NCBI GenBank assembly: GCA_963795695.1 | Contig: CAWCJH010000002.1 | Coordinates: 701,241-765,240 of the forward strand | Length of the DNA stretch: 64,000 nt | Reading direction: 5' to 3' | From: Vulcanimicrobiota bacterium | GTDB taxonomy: Bacteria; Vulcanimicrobiota; Vulcanimicrobiia; Vulcanimicrobiales; Vulcanimicrobiaceae | Shown: positions 47,639 to 56,608 of the stretch, piece after piece | Layout: the number at the start of each line of letters is the position of its first letter | How positions within the stretch are numbered: the first letter of the stretch is position 1 | Notes under the pieces: model-generated | The model's database searches: none | What the model saw: only the letters and a program-made list of their open reading frames with translations | What the model was told of the DNA's origin: nothing | Program-made: the position numbers and the translations under genes

Positions 47639-49606
47639 TCAGGAGGCGGCGAGCTCGGTGAGGCTCGCGCCGGCGTGGGTGCGGCGGCCGGCGTCGGCCC
47701 GGCGGTGCGCCTGGCCGACCTTGAGGACCAACCGGGCGATGAGATCGCCTTGGAGCAGGGTCCGCGAGTTGACCAGCGGCCGCGCCCCGATGGCGGTGAC
47801 CCACTGCACTCCTTCGACCGGCGGCCCGTAGCTGTAGCGGCCGGGGTGCGGTGTGCCGGTCACATCGATCAGCCGGTGGGTGCGCTCCTCGATGTCGAGC
47901 GCGCCGGTCTCGTAGCCCGGGCCGCCGGCGTCGGGGATGACGTGCGGCCGGCAGCCGCCGGCGCGCCGCAGGTAGGTCAGCAGCGGATCGGTGGCGCGCC
48001 GCAGGTCGGAGGGCGGGAGGTGGGCCTCGATGAGCGCGCGCACCGGCAGCGGCGCCTCGTCGACGGCAGGCGAGCCCACCCGGAAGCAGCCCGCCGCCTC
48101 GTCGGTCTCGATACGCAGCGAGGGTCCGGCGAAGCTGACCAGGCCGGCCTCGACCAGCGCCGCCAGCTCGCGGACGCGGGTCGCGGGCGGGCCGCTGGCG
48201 ACCAGGTTGTTGAGCCCGCTGAACCAGCCGTCGATGTGCTCGCGGTACGAGCTCCCGCGCAGGCCGCGGTACGAGACCACCTGCCGGATCTCGTCCCGCA
48301 GGTCGCGCATGATCGACGCCAGCGCCTTGCGCGGGCTGCCCTCGGGCCCCAGGCTGCTCTGGACGTAGTCGTCGGCCAGGCGCTGGGCGATCCAGCGCCC
48401 GTACTCGGCGCGGTCGGCGAAGCGGCGGCCTTCGGCCGGCCGGTCGACCGAGAGCCAGTCCCAGCGGTCGGCCGGATCGGGACAGACCTGCGCGATCAGC
48501 GCTTCCATCTCGGGCGAGCCCCAGGCGAGCTGCGGATAGGTCGCATCGAACTCGGCCAGCGCCCGGGCGTCGCCGCGCGCGGCGACCACGTGCCGGTAGT
48601 AGACCCAGCCGGACTCCTTGGCCACCAGCGGCCAGACGTCGGTCTGGAAGTCGAGCGTGCCCGTGCCGGCGTGGGCCCGCAGGCGCCGGACCGCGTCGGC
48701 ATCGAGGAAGCGCGGCTCGTAGCGGGCGACCACCGCTTTGCGGATCTCGGCCCGGGCCATGAACGGCAGGCCGCGGCCCGAGCCGGCCAGGATCGCCGGC
48801 TCGGCGCCCGAGGGCCGGTAGACGAGCCGGTCGCCGACCTCCTCGAACCGCCCGCCGCGGCCGACGGTGAGCAGGGTCATGTAGTCGTAGAAGTTCAGGC
48901 CCAGGCCGCGCAGCACCACCGGCTGGCCCGGCGCCAGGTCGGAGAGGTCGACCTCGGCCGGGCTGGCCGGCGGCACGTAGCGCAGGCCGTGGCGCGCGGC
49001 GAAGTCGATCAGCTTCTGCTGGCCGGGCGACGGCGCGACGTCGTAGTGGCCCATGGCGAGCACCGCCGCGTCGACCACCAGCGGCTCGGCGCGGTTCTCC
49101 AGCCACAGCTCCTGGCGGCCGTCGGTGCGGTCGTCGAGCGCGACCGCCCGCGCTCCGTAGGTGCGCACCCGGATTTCGGGCGGCGCGGTGGCCACGATGT
49201 GCTCGAAGGCCCAGTGCAGGTAGCGGCCCTGGAAGGCCCGGCTGGCGTAGGACCACGGCTCCATGCGCGCGGCCTCCGCGCGGGTCGCCGGGTCGGCCGG
49301 CACCGTTCCCTCGGCGACCATGCGCGCCCACTCGTACTGGGTCGGGCCCTTCACCAGCGGTCCCTCGCAGCGCACGGTCGGGTCGGTGAACACGGTGACG
49401 TCGGAGGCGACCGTGTTCATCAGCAGGATGGCGGTCTGGTCGGTCCGCCAGACGCGGCCCGCGCCGGTCGTCTCGGGGTCCACGACGTGCACCTCGACCG
49501 GTACGCCCGGCGCGAGCTCGCGCACGTTGGCGCACAGCCGCTCGAGCATGATGGTGCCGCGCGGACCGGCTCCGACGACGGCGACGTGAATGGGCTGGCC
49601 TTGCAT
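47639..49606 (-). CDS. FAD/NAD(P)-binding oxidoreductase (PF13454-like; putative flavin monooxygenase)
   Basis: N-terminal dinucleotide-binding motif VAVVGAGPRG. 655 aa with a second Rossmann-like region (VVLRGLGLN). Confidence 0.65.
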   Translation of the reverse strand: MQGQPIHVAVVGAGPRGTIMLERLCANVRELAPGVPVEVHVVDPETTGAGRVWRTDQTAILLMNTVASDVTVFTDPTVRCEGPLVKGPTQYEWARMVAEGTVPADPATRAEAARMEPWSYASRAFQGRYLHWAFEHIVATAPPEIRVRTYGARAVALDDRTDGRQELWLENRAEPLVVDAAVLAMGHYDVAPSPGQQKLIDFAARHGLRYVPPASPAEVDLSDLAPGQPVVLRGLGLNFYDYMTLLTVGRGGRFEEVGDRLVYRPSGAEPAILAGSGRGLPFMARAEIRKAVVARYEPRFLDADAVRRLRAHAGTGTLDFQTDVWPLVAKESGWVYYRHVVAARGDARALAEFDATYPQLAWGSPEMEALIAQVCPDPADRWDWLSVDRPAEGRRFADRAEYGRWIAQRLADDYVQSSLGPEGSPRKALASIMRDLRDEIRQVVSYRGLRGSSYREHIDGWFSGLNNLVASGPPATRVRELAALVEAGLVSFAGPSLRIETDEAAGCFRVGSPAVDEAPLPVRALIEAHLPPSDLRRATDPLLTYLRRAGGCRPHVIPDAGGPGYETGALDIEERTHRLIDVTGTPHPGRYSYGPPVEGVQWVTAIGARPLVNSRTLLQGDLIARLVLKVGQAHRRADAGRRTHAGASLTELAAS

Positions 49607-49616
49607 GGATGTCTCC

Positions 49617-50810
49617 TTACTCTCCGGCGGCGCCGACGGTCACCAGCGAACGGGGTCGCGCGGCCTGCCGCGCCTGCGCGGACGGCGCGTCCGCGCTCTC
49701 GATCGTCGCGTTCGAGAACGAGTGGAAGCTCGCGTCGATCGCGCGCAGCAGGCCCCACATCTCGATGTACTCCAGGCCCGGCCCGGCGAGCTCGCTCTTG
49801 GCGGACTGCAGCGCTCGGCGCGCCGTGATGTAGTTGGGCCAGTCGCCGCGCGGCTCGTAGTGGTGGTAGTCGTGCGCGGGGCCCGAGTCACCGGGCAGTA
49901 CGATGAGGCGCACCAGGATCGTGCCGAGCAGCCGGACGCACCAGCCCACCCAGGCCCGCGCCCGGGCCGCCGGCGCGAGCTCGCGCGCGGGCGGCGCGGC
50001 GCCGAGGTAGACGCACGGGGTGAGCTCGGTGAACGCGCTGCGCTGGCGCTCCTGCGGCGGCGTCGCGCTCCAGCGGTGCTCCATGCACAGCCGCACCGCG
50101 GCGACGGTCTGGTAGACGAGCCCCAGCGGGACGAGGAAGCCCACCACCAGCAGCAGCTCCAGGCGGAAGACCACCGTCACGGCGAGCACCGCCGCGAGGT
50201 AGGCCGTCGCCAGCCCGCGCGCGAGCGGCGATGCGCCCGCGAAGTGCGAGCGGATGCGGCCCGCGAACGAGCGCAGGTGGAACGCCGGCGAGGCGACCGA
50301 GAGCCACAGCCGCCGCCACATCTGCGCCGGCGTCATGCCGGGCCGGATGCCGAGCGAGAGCAGGAACAGCACCGTCGGGTCCTTGGTCGTCGAGAGCGTG
50401 CGCAGCGAGTGGTGCTCGACGCAATGCCCTCGCTTGTAGCGGTCGAACTCCTCGAACAGCAGCACGACGGAGAGCAGGCGGCCGACCCAGACGTCGACGA
50501 GCTTGTGGCGGGTGAAGTTGTCGTGCGCCGCGACGTGCACGATCACGAGCTGCAGGTAGCGCGCCGCGCCGACCGTGCAGACGTACGCCGGCAGCAGCAG
50601 CCAGAGCTGGTGCCGGGCGAGCGCCGCGGCGCTCAGCGCGAACCCGGCGGCGAGCGCCGCGAGCACGCGCAGGAACAGCGGTACCGGCCGGCGCCGCGGC
50701 AAGGTTTGACCGGGCAGCGCGGCGCCGGTGAGATACGTCCACCAGACTTGCGTCCAGCCGGGAAAAGCTCGGCCCAGCGCGAGGCGGGGCGAGAGAACAT
50801 CGTCTTGCAT
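49617..50810 (-). CDS. membrane fatty-acid-desaturase-family di-iron enzyme (desaturase/hydroxylase)
   Basis: Three His boxes (HVAAHDN, HCVEHH, HDYHHY) and 4-5 TM helices. Confidence 0.65.
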   Translation of the reverse strand: MQDDVLSPRLALGRAFPGWTQVWWTYLTGAALPGQTLPRRRPVPLFLRVLAALAAGFALSAAALARHQLWLLLPAYVCTVGAARYLQLVIVHVAAHDNFTRHKLVDVWVGRLLSVVLLFEEFDRYKRGHCVEHHSLRTLSTTKDPTVLFLLSLGIRPGMTPAQMWRRLWLSVASPAFHLRSFAGRIRSHFAGASPLARGLATAYLAAVLAVTVVFRLELLLVVGFLVPLGLVYQTVAAVRLCMEHRWSATPPQERQRSAFTELTPCVYLGAAPPARELAPAARARAWVGWCVRLLGTILVRLIVLPGDSGPAHDYHHYEPRGDWPNYITARRALQSAKSELAGPGLEYIEMWGLLRAIDASFHSFSNATIESADAPSAQARQAARPRSLVTVGAAGE

Positions 50811-50820
50811 GTCGATCAGG

Positions 50821-52305
50821 TCATCCGAGCAGGGGATGGAGGCGGCGCAGGTCGACCTTGCCGGCCGTGTTGTAGGGAATCGCCGGGACCGGGATCACGA
50901 CCGGCGTGGCGGCGGCCAGCGCGCGTTCGAGGTGCGCGGCGACGGTGCTCGGGGCGTCGGGTACGGCGGCGACCAGCGCGGCGACCACCTCGACGCCGGC
51001 CGAGCCGGGCCGGCGGACCACGCAGACGTCCTCGACGCCCGGCAGCTCCTTGAGCTCGCCCTCGAGCGCGACCACGTCGAGGCTTCCGTCGCCGGGCAGG
51101 GCGTCAGACCGGCTGGCGATCCGCAGCTCGCCCCGGCCGCCGAGGCGGCCGAAGTCGCTGGTCACGATCCAGCGCCGGCCGTCGCGCTCGAGCGCGGGCT
51201 GCCCGCCGTGCACGTAGCCGTCCATGTTGACCGGGCTGGCGACCGCGATCAGCCCGAGCTCCCCGGGCGGCAGGTCGCGCAGCGTGCCGGGCTCGACGAT
51301 GCGCAGGGCCACGCCGGGCATGGGAAACCCGGCCGACTGCGGCTCGCGCCGCAGCTCGTCGGGTGGGGCCATGGTGTTGATGCCGGTCTCGGTGGTGGCG
51401 TAGTACAGGTGCACGACGTGGCCGAGACGGCCGGCGGCCTGCCGCAGCGCCCGCGGGCTCAGGTGGCGTCCGCCGGTGAGCACCAGGCGCAGCGACGAGA
51501 GGTCGGCCGCGGGCCGGGCGCAGGCGGCGGCCACGAACGCCTCGAGGGCCGGCGGCACGAAGAAGCCGGCATCGATCCGCCGCTCGGCCACCAGGCCGAC
51601 CAGCTCGTCGGGGGTGCCGGCGCCCAGCACCACCTGCGCTCCCAGCGCCAGCGCCGCGGCGGCCCAGACGTGCCCCGAGGCATGCGAGAGCGGCGAGGTG
51701 ATCAGGAACCGGCTGGCCGGCCCGATCCCGCAGCGGCGCAGGTACGCCTGCCGCTGGTCCTCGCTCTTCGACGAGCGCACGAACAGCTTGGGAACGCCGG
51801 TCGAGCCGCTGGTGAAGCCCAGCGCCCGGTACGGCGGCCGGCGCCAGGCGCGCTCGGCGCACGTTCCGGCCAGCGCGGCCGCCCAGGCGTGCGTTTGCTC
51901 GCCGCCCGCGTGCACCGGGGCGAGGTCGAGCAGCAACGCGCCGCGCTGGGCGGCCTGGGCGGCGACCCGGCCGGCGCGCAAGCGCCGGTCGACGACCAGT
52001 AAGGTCGGGGCCACCGCCCGCACCTGGCTGCGCACCGTGTCGTCGTCGCGCGCGGGGTCGATGCCGACCCACGGGACGCCCAGCGCCCCCAGCGCCGCCG
52101 CGACGATCACGACGTCGGCGGTGTTCGGCGCCACCACGACCGCCTGGTTCGTGGCGCCGTCGTCGAGCCGGGCGGTGAGCCAGGCGCGCAAGGCGGCGAC
52201 CCGGTCGCGCAGGCCGGCCCAGCTCAGGACGGTCCGCTCGTCGCTCACGGCGGGAGCGGCCGGTGCGGTGCCGGCCAGCTCGGCCAGCCGGTCCAGCCCG
52301 ATCAC
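50821..52305 (-). CDS. stand-alone ANL-superfamily adenylation enzyme (AMP-binding)
   Basis: A3 motif FTSGSTGVPK, A5 YYATTETG, A10 NTAGKVDLRRL. GTG at 52305 overlaps the glmE stop as GTGA. Confidence 0.8.
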   Translation of the reverse strand: MIGLDRLAELAGTAPAAPAVSDERTVLSWAGLRDRVAALRAWLTARLDDGATNQAVVVAPNTADVVIVAAALGALGVPWVGIDPARDDDTVRSQVRAVAPTLLVVDRRLRAGRVAAQAAQRGALLLDLAPVHAGGEQTHAWAAALAGTCAERAWRRPPYRALGFTSGSTGVPKLFVRSSKSEDQRQAYLRRCGIGPASRFLITSPLSHASGHVWAAAALALGAQVVLGAGTPDELVGLVAERRIDAGFFVPPALEAFVAAACARPAADLSSLRLVLTGGRHLSPRALRQAAGRLGHVVHLYYATTETGINTMAPPDELRREPQSAGFPMPGVALRIVEPGTLRDLPPGELGLIAVASPVNMDGYVHGGQPALERDGRRWIVTSDFGRLGGRGELRIASRSDALPGDGSLDVVALEGELKELPGVEDVCVVRRPGSAGVEVVAALVAAVPDAPSTVAAHLERALAAATPVVIPVPAIPYNTAGKVDLRRLHPLLG

Positions 52306-53621
52306 GCCGGTCCTCCGGCGGGCAGCGCGCCGGGCGCGGGGGTCTGGGCGAGCGCCGTCGGGTCGGCGGCCGGGGCGAGGTGCGCCGCGTCGAAGCGGTG
52401 CTCGACGAACGAGAGCATCTCGAGCAGGCCGGTCGCGGTGACGCGCTTGTGGGCCGTGCTCGCGGCGCTGATCGGCATCGCGCCGGTGTCGGCCCACTGC
52501 AGCCAGCCGCGCTCGTCGATGAAGCCGCGGCTGCGGCCCGCGTTGTCGGCGTGCAGGCAGTACGGCACGTCGAGATAGCCGCGCTTGAACGCGATGCGGA
52601 TCGCCCGGCCGAGGTCGGGGTCGAGCGCGAGCACGTTCTCGACCAGCGCGCGCGCCTCGCGCTCGATGCCGGTGTCGGCCGGCACGTGCGCCGTGCCTTC
52701 GGCGCGCTGCTCGCGGTCGGCACGGGCGGCGTGCTCGAGCGCGTCGACGTTGTCCGCGATGGTCGGGATGCGGTACGCTTCGGCCGGCGTCTTCACGATC
52801 AGCCGCTCCGCGCCGGCCCGGGTCGCCAGCCGCGCGCTCTGCTCGACGACGTCGAGCGCGCCCGGCCGCGTGCGCGGGAAGACGCCCATGTAGGTGTAGA
52901 TCACCACGTGCCAGTCGAGCGGGTCGAGGTACTCGCCGGCCAGCGTGCGCAGCGCCGCGATCGCTTCGAGGTCCTGCTCGACGTTGGTCTGCTGCGCGTA
53001 GCTGACCGACACGCTGGTGAGGCCGTGGCGGCGGAAGAAGATGCCCTCGAGCAGCGACACCGCGATCAGCAGGCTGGGCGGGCAGAGCTGTCCGAGCAGA
53101 CAGCCGCCGAAGCTCTCCAGGTGGATCGGGTTTCCGGCCCGGGTCTCTTCGCCCAGCAGCGCGCAGGAACGCGACCAGTCGTCGACCGCGTCGGCGAGCG
53201 GCGTTCGGCCGTACGGCAGGCAGTACGAGATCGGACCGCCTTCGGTCGCGCCGATGCCGGCCTCCACCAGCGTTTGGAAGACGCGGTACGGCAGCGAGGT
53301 GCCGTGCCGCACCTGCACCGGAAAGTCGGGCCCGGCGACGTCGGCGAGCATGGCGCGGGTGGCCGCGGTGCCGTGCGCGACGATCGGAAAGCCGTTGAGC
53401 TCGTGGCCCTCGCGCAGCGCCTGCTCGGCCGCGGCGTGATCGCCCACCCGCGTGTAGCTGTCGAGCGTCAAGGTGCCAGCGGTGCGCCCGCGGGCGGCCT
53501 TGACCGCGCACAGCCCGGCGTGCATCTGGTCGATCCGGCCGAAGCCCATGCGCGGCTGCACGACGAGCTCGCCTTCGGCGCGCGCCCGCGCGACGAAGTC
53601 ACCGAACACCGGGCGCATCAT
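52302..53621 (-). CDS. glmE: glutamate (methylaspartate) mutase E/epsilon subunit
   Basis: Blocks colinear with clostridial MutE/GlmE: QPRMGFG, LDSYTR, NGFPIVAHGT, QVRHGT, GGPISYCLPYGR, LIVKTPAEAYRIPT. ATGATGA overlap with glmS. Confidence 0.8.
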   Translation of the reverse strand: MMRPVFGDFVARARAEGELVVQPRMGFGRIDQMHAGLCAVKAARGRTAGTLTLDSYTRVGDHAAAEQALREGHELNGFPIVAHGTAATRAMLADVAGPDFPVQVRHGTSLPYRVFQTLVEAGIGATEGGPISYCLPYGRTPLADAVDDWSRSCALLGEETRAGNPIHLESFGGCLLGQLCPPSLLIAVSLLEGIFFRRHGLTSVSVSYAQQTNVEQDLEAIAALRTLAGEYLDPLDWHVVIYTYMGVFPRTRPGALDVVEQSARLATRAGAERLIVKTPAEAYRIPTIADNVDALEHAARADREQRAEGTAHVPADTGIEREARALVENVLALDPDLGRAIRIAFKRGYLDVPYCLHADNAGRSRGFIDERGWLQWADTGAMPISAASTAHKRVTATGLLEMLSFVEHRFDAAHLAPAADPTALAQTPAPGALPAGGPA

Positions 53622-54100
53622 GACGCCAGCGCTCGCCGCGGGCCGTGTTCGAGCGAGCGGACGAAGTGCTCGAAACCTTGCGTGCCGGTGCCCGCCTCGA
53701 AGACGGCGTCGAAGCCCGACTCCAGCAGGCCTTCGGCGTGGGCCGCGTTCTCCGCGCCGCGCACGCCGAGCTTGCCGCCGATGACGACCGGCAGCTGCGC
53801 CAGCTCGCGCTGCCCGCGCAGGCGGCGGATCAGCCGTGCGCCGTCGATGTTGCCGTGCCCGTTGACGGTGCTGAGCACCAGCATGTCGGGCCGGGCGCGC
53901 CGGCACTCCGCGACGACCAGCTCGTCGGGTGCGCAGACGCCCAAGTTGATGACCTCGTGCCCCATCTCTTCGAGCAGCAGCTGGAGGAAGACGAGGTTCC
54001 AGGTATGAGAATCCGATGAAACGGTCGATACGACGATGCGGAGCTTCTTCGCAGACGGGGGCTTCGGTTCGCTCGTGCGGATTCGAACGGCGTCTTGCAA
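53618..54100 (-). CDS. glmS: glutamate mutase S/sigma (B12-binding) subunit
   Basis: B12-binding Rossmann domain with the SSDSHTWN variant of the DxHxxG loop. Colinear with MutS (IVVSTVSSDSH..., STVNGHGNIDG, VVIGGKL). TTG at 54100 is preceded by AGGAAG. Confidence 0.75.
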   Translation of the reverse strand: MQDAVRIRTSEPKPPSAKKLRIVVSTVSSDSHTWNLVFLQLLLEEMGHEVINLGVCAPDELVVAECRRARPDMLVLSTVNGHGNIDGARLIRRLRGQRELAQLPVVIGGKLGVRGAENAAHAEGLLESGFDAVFEAGTGTQGFEHFVRSLEHGPRRALAS

Positions 54101-54270
54101 CTCAATTCTTCCTGCGGTGTCGCGGTGATGTCACAGATCGCGGACCGGCGCAGAGTTCCGCGGGCAACGATCGGCCCGGCGTCTGCTCTTGGAGATGCAC
54201 TGCACAGGAATGCGTGCCCACACCCGGTTTGCGATGTGCGCAGAGCCTCGAAGGGGTCCCTGAGCACGCT

Positions 54271-54326
54271 GTACATACTAGTACGTACGTAAAGATGTTG
54301 TCTAGCCCCGTCGGGGCTGGTACAAG
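54271..54326. promoter_or_regulatory. divergent promoter/operator region: imperfect 18-bp palindrome GTACaTACTAGTAcGTAC, hairpin AGCCCCG-t-CGGGGCT and a GGTACAA box
   Basis: Lies in a low-GC intergenic region of about 300 bp between glmS (minus) and the acyl-CoA ligase (plus). The motifs are seen directly in the sequence. Confidence 0.35.
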
Positions 54327-54401
54327 GGCCGGTGTGTTGCGGACGACAAATGTCCGCTCATCGGGATTCTTGTATCCAGGATTCACGACCCGAGGATCAC
54401 C

Positions 54402-55901
54402 GTGGACTTGCCCACCGTCCCCCGCCTCTTGATGCGAGCCGCCGCGCGCTTCGGCGACGCCCCGTGCCTGACGTCCGACGGCCGGACGACCAGCTTCGCC
54501 GGGTTGGCGCACGAGGTCGCACGGCGGGCGGGCTGGCTGCGCGCCCAGGGCGTCGAGCCGGGCGACCGCGTGCTGCTGGCCGGACCCAACGGCGGCGAGC
54601 TGATCGCGGCCTGGCTGGCGGCCGTCCACGCGGGGGCCGTTCCGGCCGCCGTCAACCCGGCCCTGACCGTGCCCGAGCTGGCCTACGTCGTCGCGGACCT
54701 GCGCCCGCGAGCCGGCTTGGCCGACCCGAGCGTGCCGGCTGCCGCCGAGGCGCTCGCCGCCGCGGGCGTGCCGGTTCTGCCGCTCGCTGCGCCCGGCAGC
54801 GCGGCGGCGGTTCCGCCGCACGCCGCGCAGCCGAGCGACGTCGCGGCGATCGTCTACACCTCCGGCACGACCAGCCGGCCGAAAGGCGCGCTGGTGCGCC
54901 ACCTCGCGTACACCGGCGCCGGCACGGCGATGCCGGGCTGGATCGGCCTGGGCGAGCGCGAGCGGCTGTGGTGCGTGCTGCCGCTGTTCCACATCAACGC
55001 CCAGGCCTATTCGCTGATGACCGCGCTGGCGCACGGGTACGAGCTGGTGATCTGGCCGAAGTTCCGCGCCTCGACGTTCTGGCGCGACGCCGCTGCCCTG
55101 GAGGTCACCGAGGTCAACCTGATCGGCGCGATGCTGGCGATCCTGGCCGACCGGCCGCCGGAGCAGTTCGTGCCCGGCGCGCTGCGCACGGTCTATGCCG
55201 CGCCCGCGCTCGCGCCGGAGCAGAACCGCGCCTTCGAAGCGCGCTTCGGGGTGCGCATCGTGACCGGGTTCGGCATGTCGGAGAACACCTTCGGCACCGT
55301 GCAGAGCGCGACGTCGGTGACGAAGCCGAGCAGCATCGGCCGGCCGCGCGCGCACCCGGCGGTGCCGAACGCCCTGCGCATCGTGGCGCCCGACGGCACG
55401 CTCGCACCGGACGGCGCGGTCGGCGAGCTGCAGTTCCGCAACCCCGCGGTGACCCCGGGCTACTGGAACGCGCCGGAGATCACCGCGCGCGCGCTCGACG
55501 AGGGCTGGCTGCGCACCGGCGACGCCGGCTACGTCGATCCCGACGGCGACGTGATCCTGGTCGGCCGCTACAAGGAGATGATCCGCCGGCGCGGCGAGAA
55601 CGTCGCGCCGGGCGAGGTCGAGGACGCGCTGCGCGAGCACGCCGGCGTCGAGAGCGCCGCGGTCGTCGGCGTGCCGTCGTCGCTGACCGAAGAAGACGTC
55701 GTGGCGTGCGTGATCCGGCGCGCGGGCAGCGCGGTCGACGAGACGGAGCTGCGGGCGTGGTGCGGCGGGCGGCTGGCGCCGTACAAGGTGCCGGCACGGG
55801 TGCTCTTCCGCGAGGCGTTCCCGCTCACCCCGACCATGCGCGTCGCCAAGGACAAGCTGCGGGCCGAGATCCTGCCGCTGCTCGGCGCGGAGCTGCGCTG
55901 A
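54402..55901 (+). CDS. AMP-dependent acyl-CoA synthetase/ligase (CaiC-like)
   Basis: YTSGTTSRPKG (A3), GFGMSE (A5) and C-terminal PYKVP...K motifs. GTG at 54402 with GAGGA 5 nt upstream. Confidence 0.8.
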   Translation: MDLPTVPRLLMRAAARFGDAPCLTSDGRTTSFAGLAHEVARRAGWLRAQGVEPGDRVLLAGPNGGELIAAWLAAVHAGAVPAAVNPALTVPELAYVVADLRPRAGLADPSVPAAAEALAAAGVPVLPLAAPGSAAAVPPHAAQPSDVAAIVYTSGTTSRPKGALVRHLAYTGAGTAMPGWIGLGERERLWCVLPLFHINAQAYSLMTALAHGYELVIWPKFRASTFWRDAAALEVTEVNLIGAMLAILADRPPEQFVPGALRTVYAAPALAPEQNRAFEARFGVRIVTGFGMSENTFGTVQSATSVTKPSSIGRPRAHPAVPNALRIVAPDGTLAPDGAVGELQFRNPAVTPGYWNAPEITARALDEGWLRTGDAGYVDPDGDVILVGRYKEMIRRRGENVAPGEVEDALREHAGVESAAVVGVPSSLTEEDVVACVIRRAGSAVDETELRAWCGGRLAPYKVPARVLFREAFPLTPTMRVAKDKLRAEILPLLGAELR

Positions 55902-56608
55902 TGGCCGAGCCGTACGAGATCGCCGCCGTCACGCCGCTCGCCGTCGCGGCCCGGCCGCGCATGAAAGAGGGCATCGTCGACCAGCTGCGGCGGCTGATCA
56001 TCGAGGGCACGCTGCCGCCGGGGACGGTGCTGCGCCAGGAGCACCTGGCCAAGCGGCTCAACGTCAGCCGCACGCCGCTGCGCGAGGCGCTCGTCGCGCT
56101 GGAGCGCGAGGGCTTCGTCACGTTCGCGCCGAGCGGCGCCGCCTCGGTCGTCTCGCTCGACGCCAGGGACGCGCGCGAGATCATGGACGTGCGCGAGCTG
56201 GTCGACGGGCTGGCCGCGCGGACCCTGGCGCTGCGCGGCATGAGCGCCGCGGTCGAGGACGCGCTGCGCGCGCTGGCCGAGCGGATGCACGGGCTGGCCG
56301 CGCGCGACAAGCACCGCTACCTGACCGCCAACGCCGACTTCCACGCCACCATCGTCGAGGCCAGCGGCCATGCGCGGCTGCAGCAGTTCGTGCCGCTGGT
56401 GCGCATGTCGTCGGAAGTCGTCTACCTGCGCCTGCAGAACCAAGGGCCGCGGCTGCGCAGCTCGGCCGAAGAGCACAGCGCGGTGCTCGACGCGATCCGC
56501 GCCGGCGACGGCGAGCGCGCCGAGCGGCTGGCGCGCGCGCACGTGCGGGCGGCCGCCGCCCACTGGATCGCCGAGGAGGACGACGATGCCCAACGTACGA
56601 GCCGCTGA
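55901..56608 (+). CDS. GntR-family regulator with an FCD (FadR C-terminal) domain
   Basis: HTH (HLAKRLNVSRTPLREALVALEREG) plus a helical FCD domain. TGATG overlap with the ligase. Confidence 0.8.
   Translation: MAEPYEIAAVTPLAVAARPRMKEGIVDQLRRLIIEGTLPPGTVLRQEHLAKRLNVSRTPLREALVALEREGFVTFAPSGAASVVSLDARDAREIMDVRELVDGLAARTLALRGMSAAVEDALRALAERMHGLAARDKHRYLTANADFHATIVEASGHARLQQFVPLVRMSSEVVYLRLQNQGPRLRSSAEEHSAVLDAIRAGDGERAERLARAHVRAAAAHWIAEEDDDAQRTSR

Noticed and set aside
54101-54401. Cobalamin riboswitch upstream of glmS
   Set aside because: I searched by eye for a B12 box and P-stem architecture and found nothing convincing. Left as an unchecked possibility requiring Infernal.
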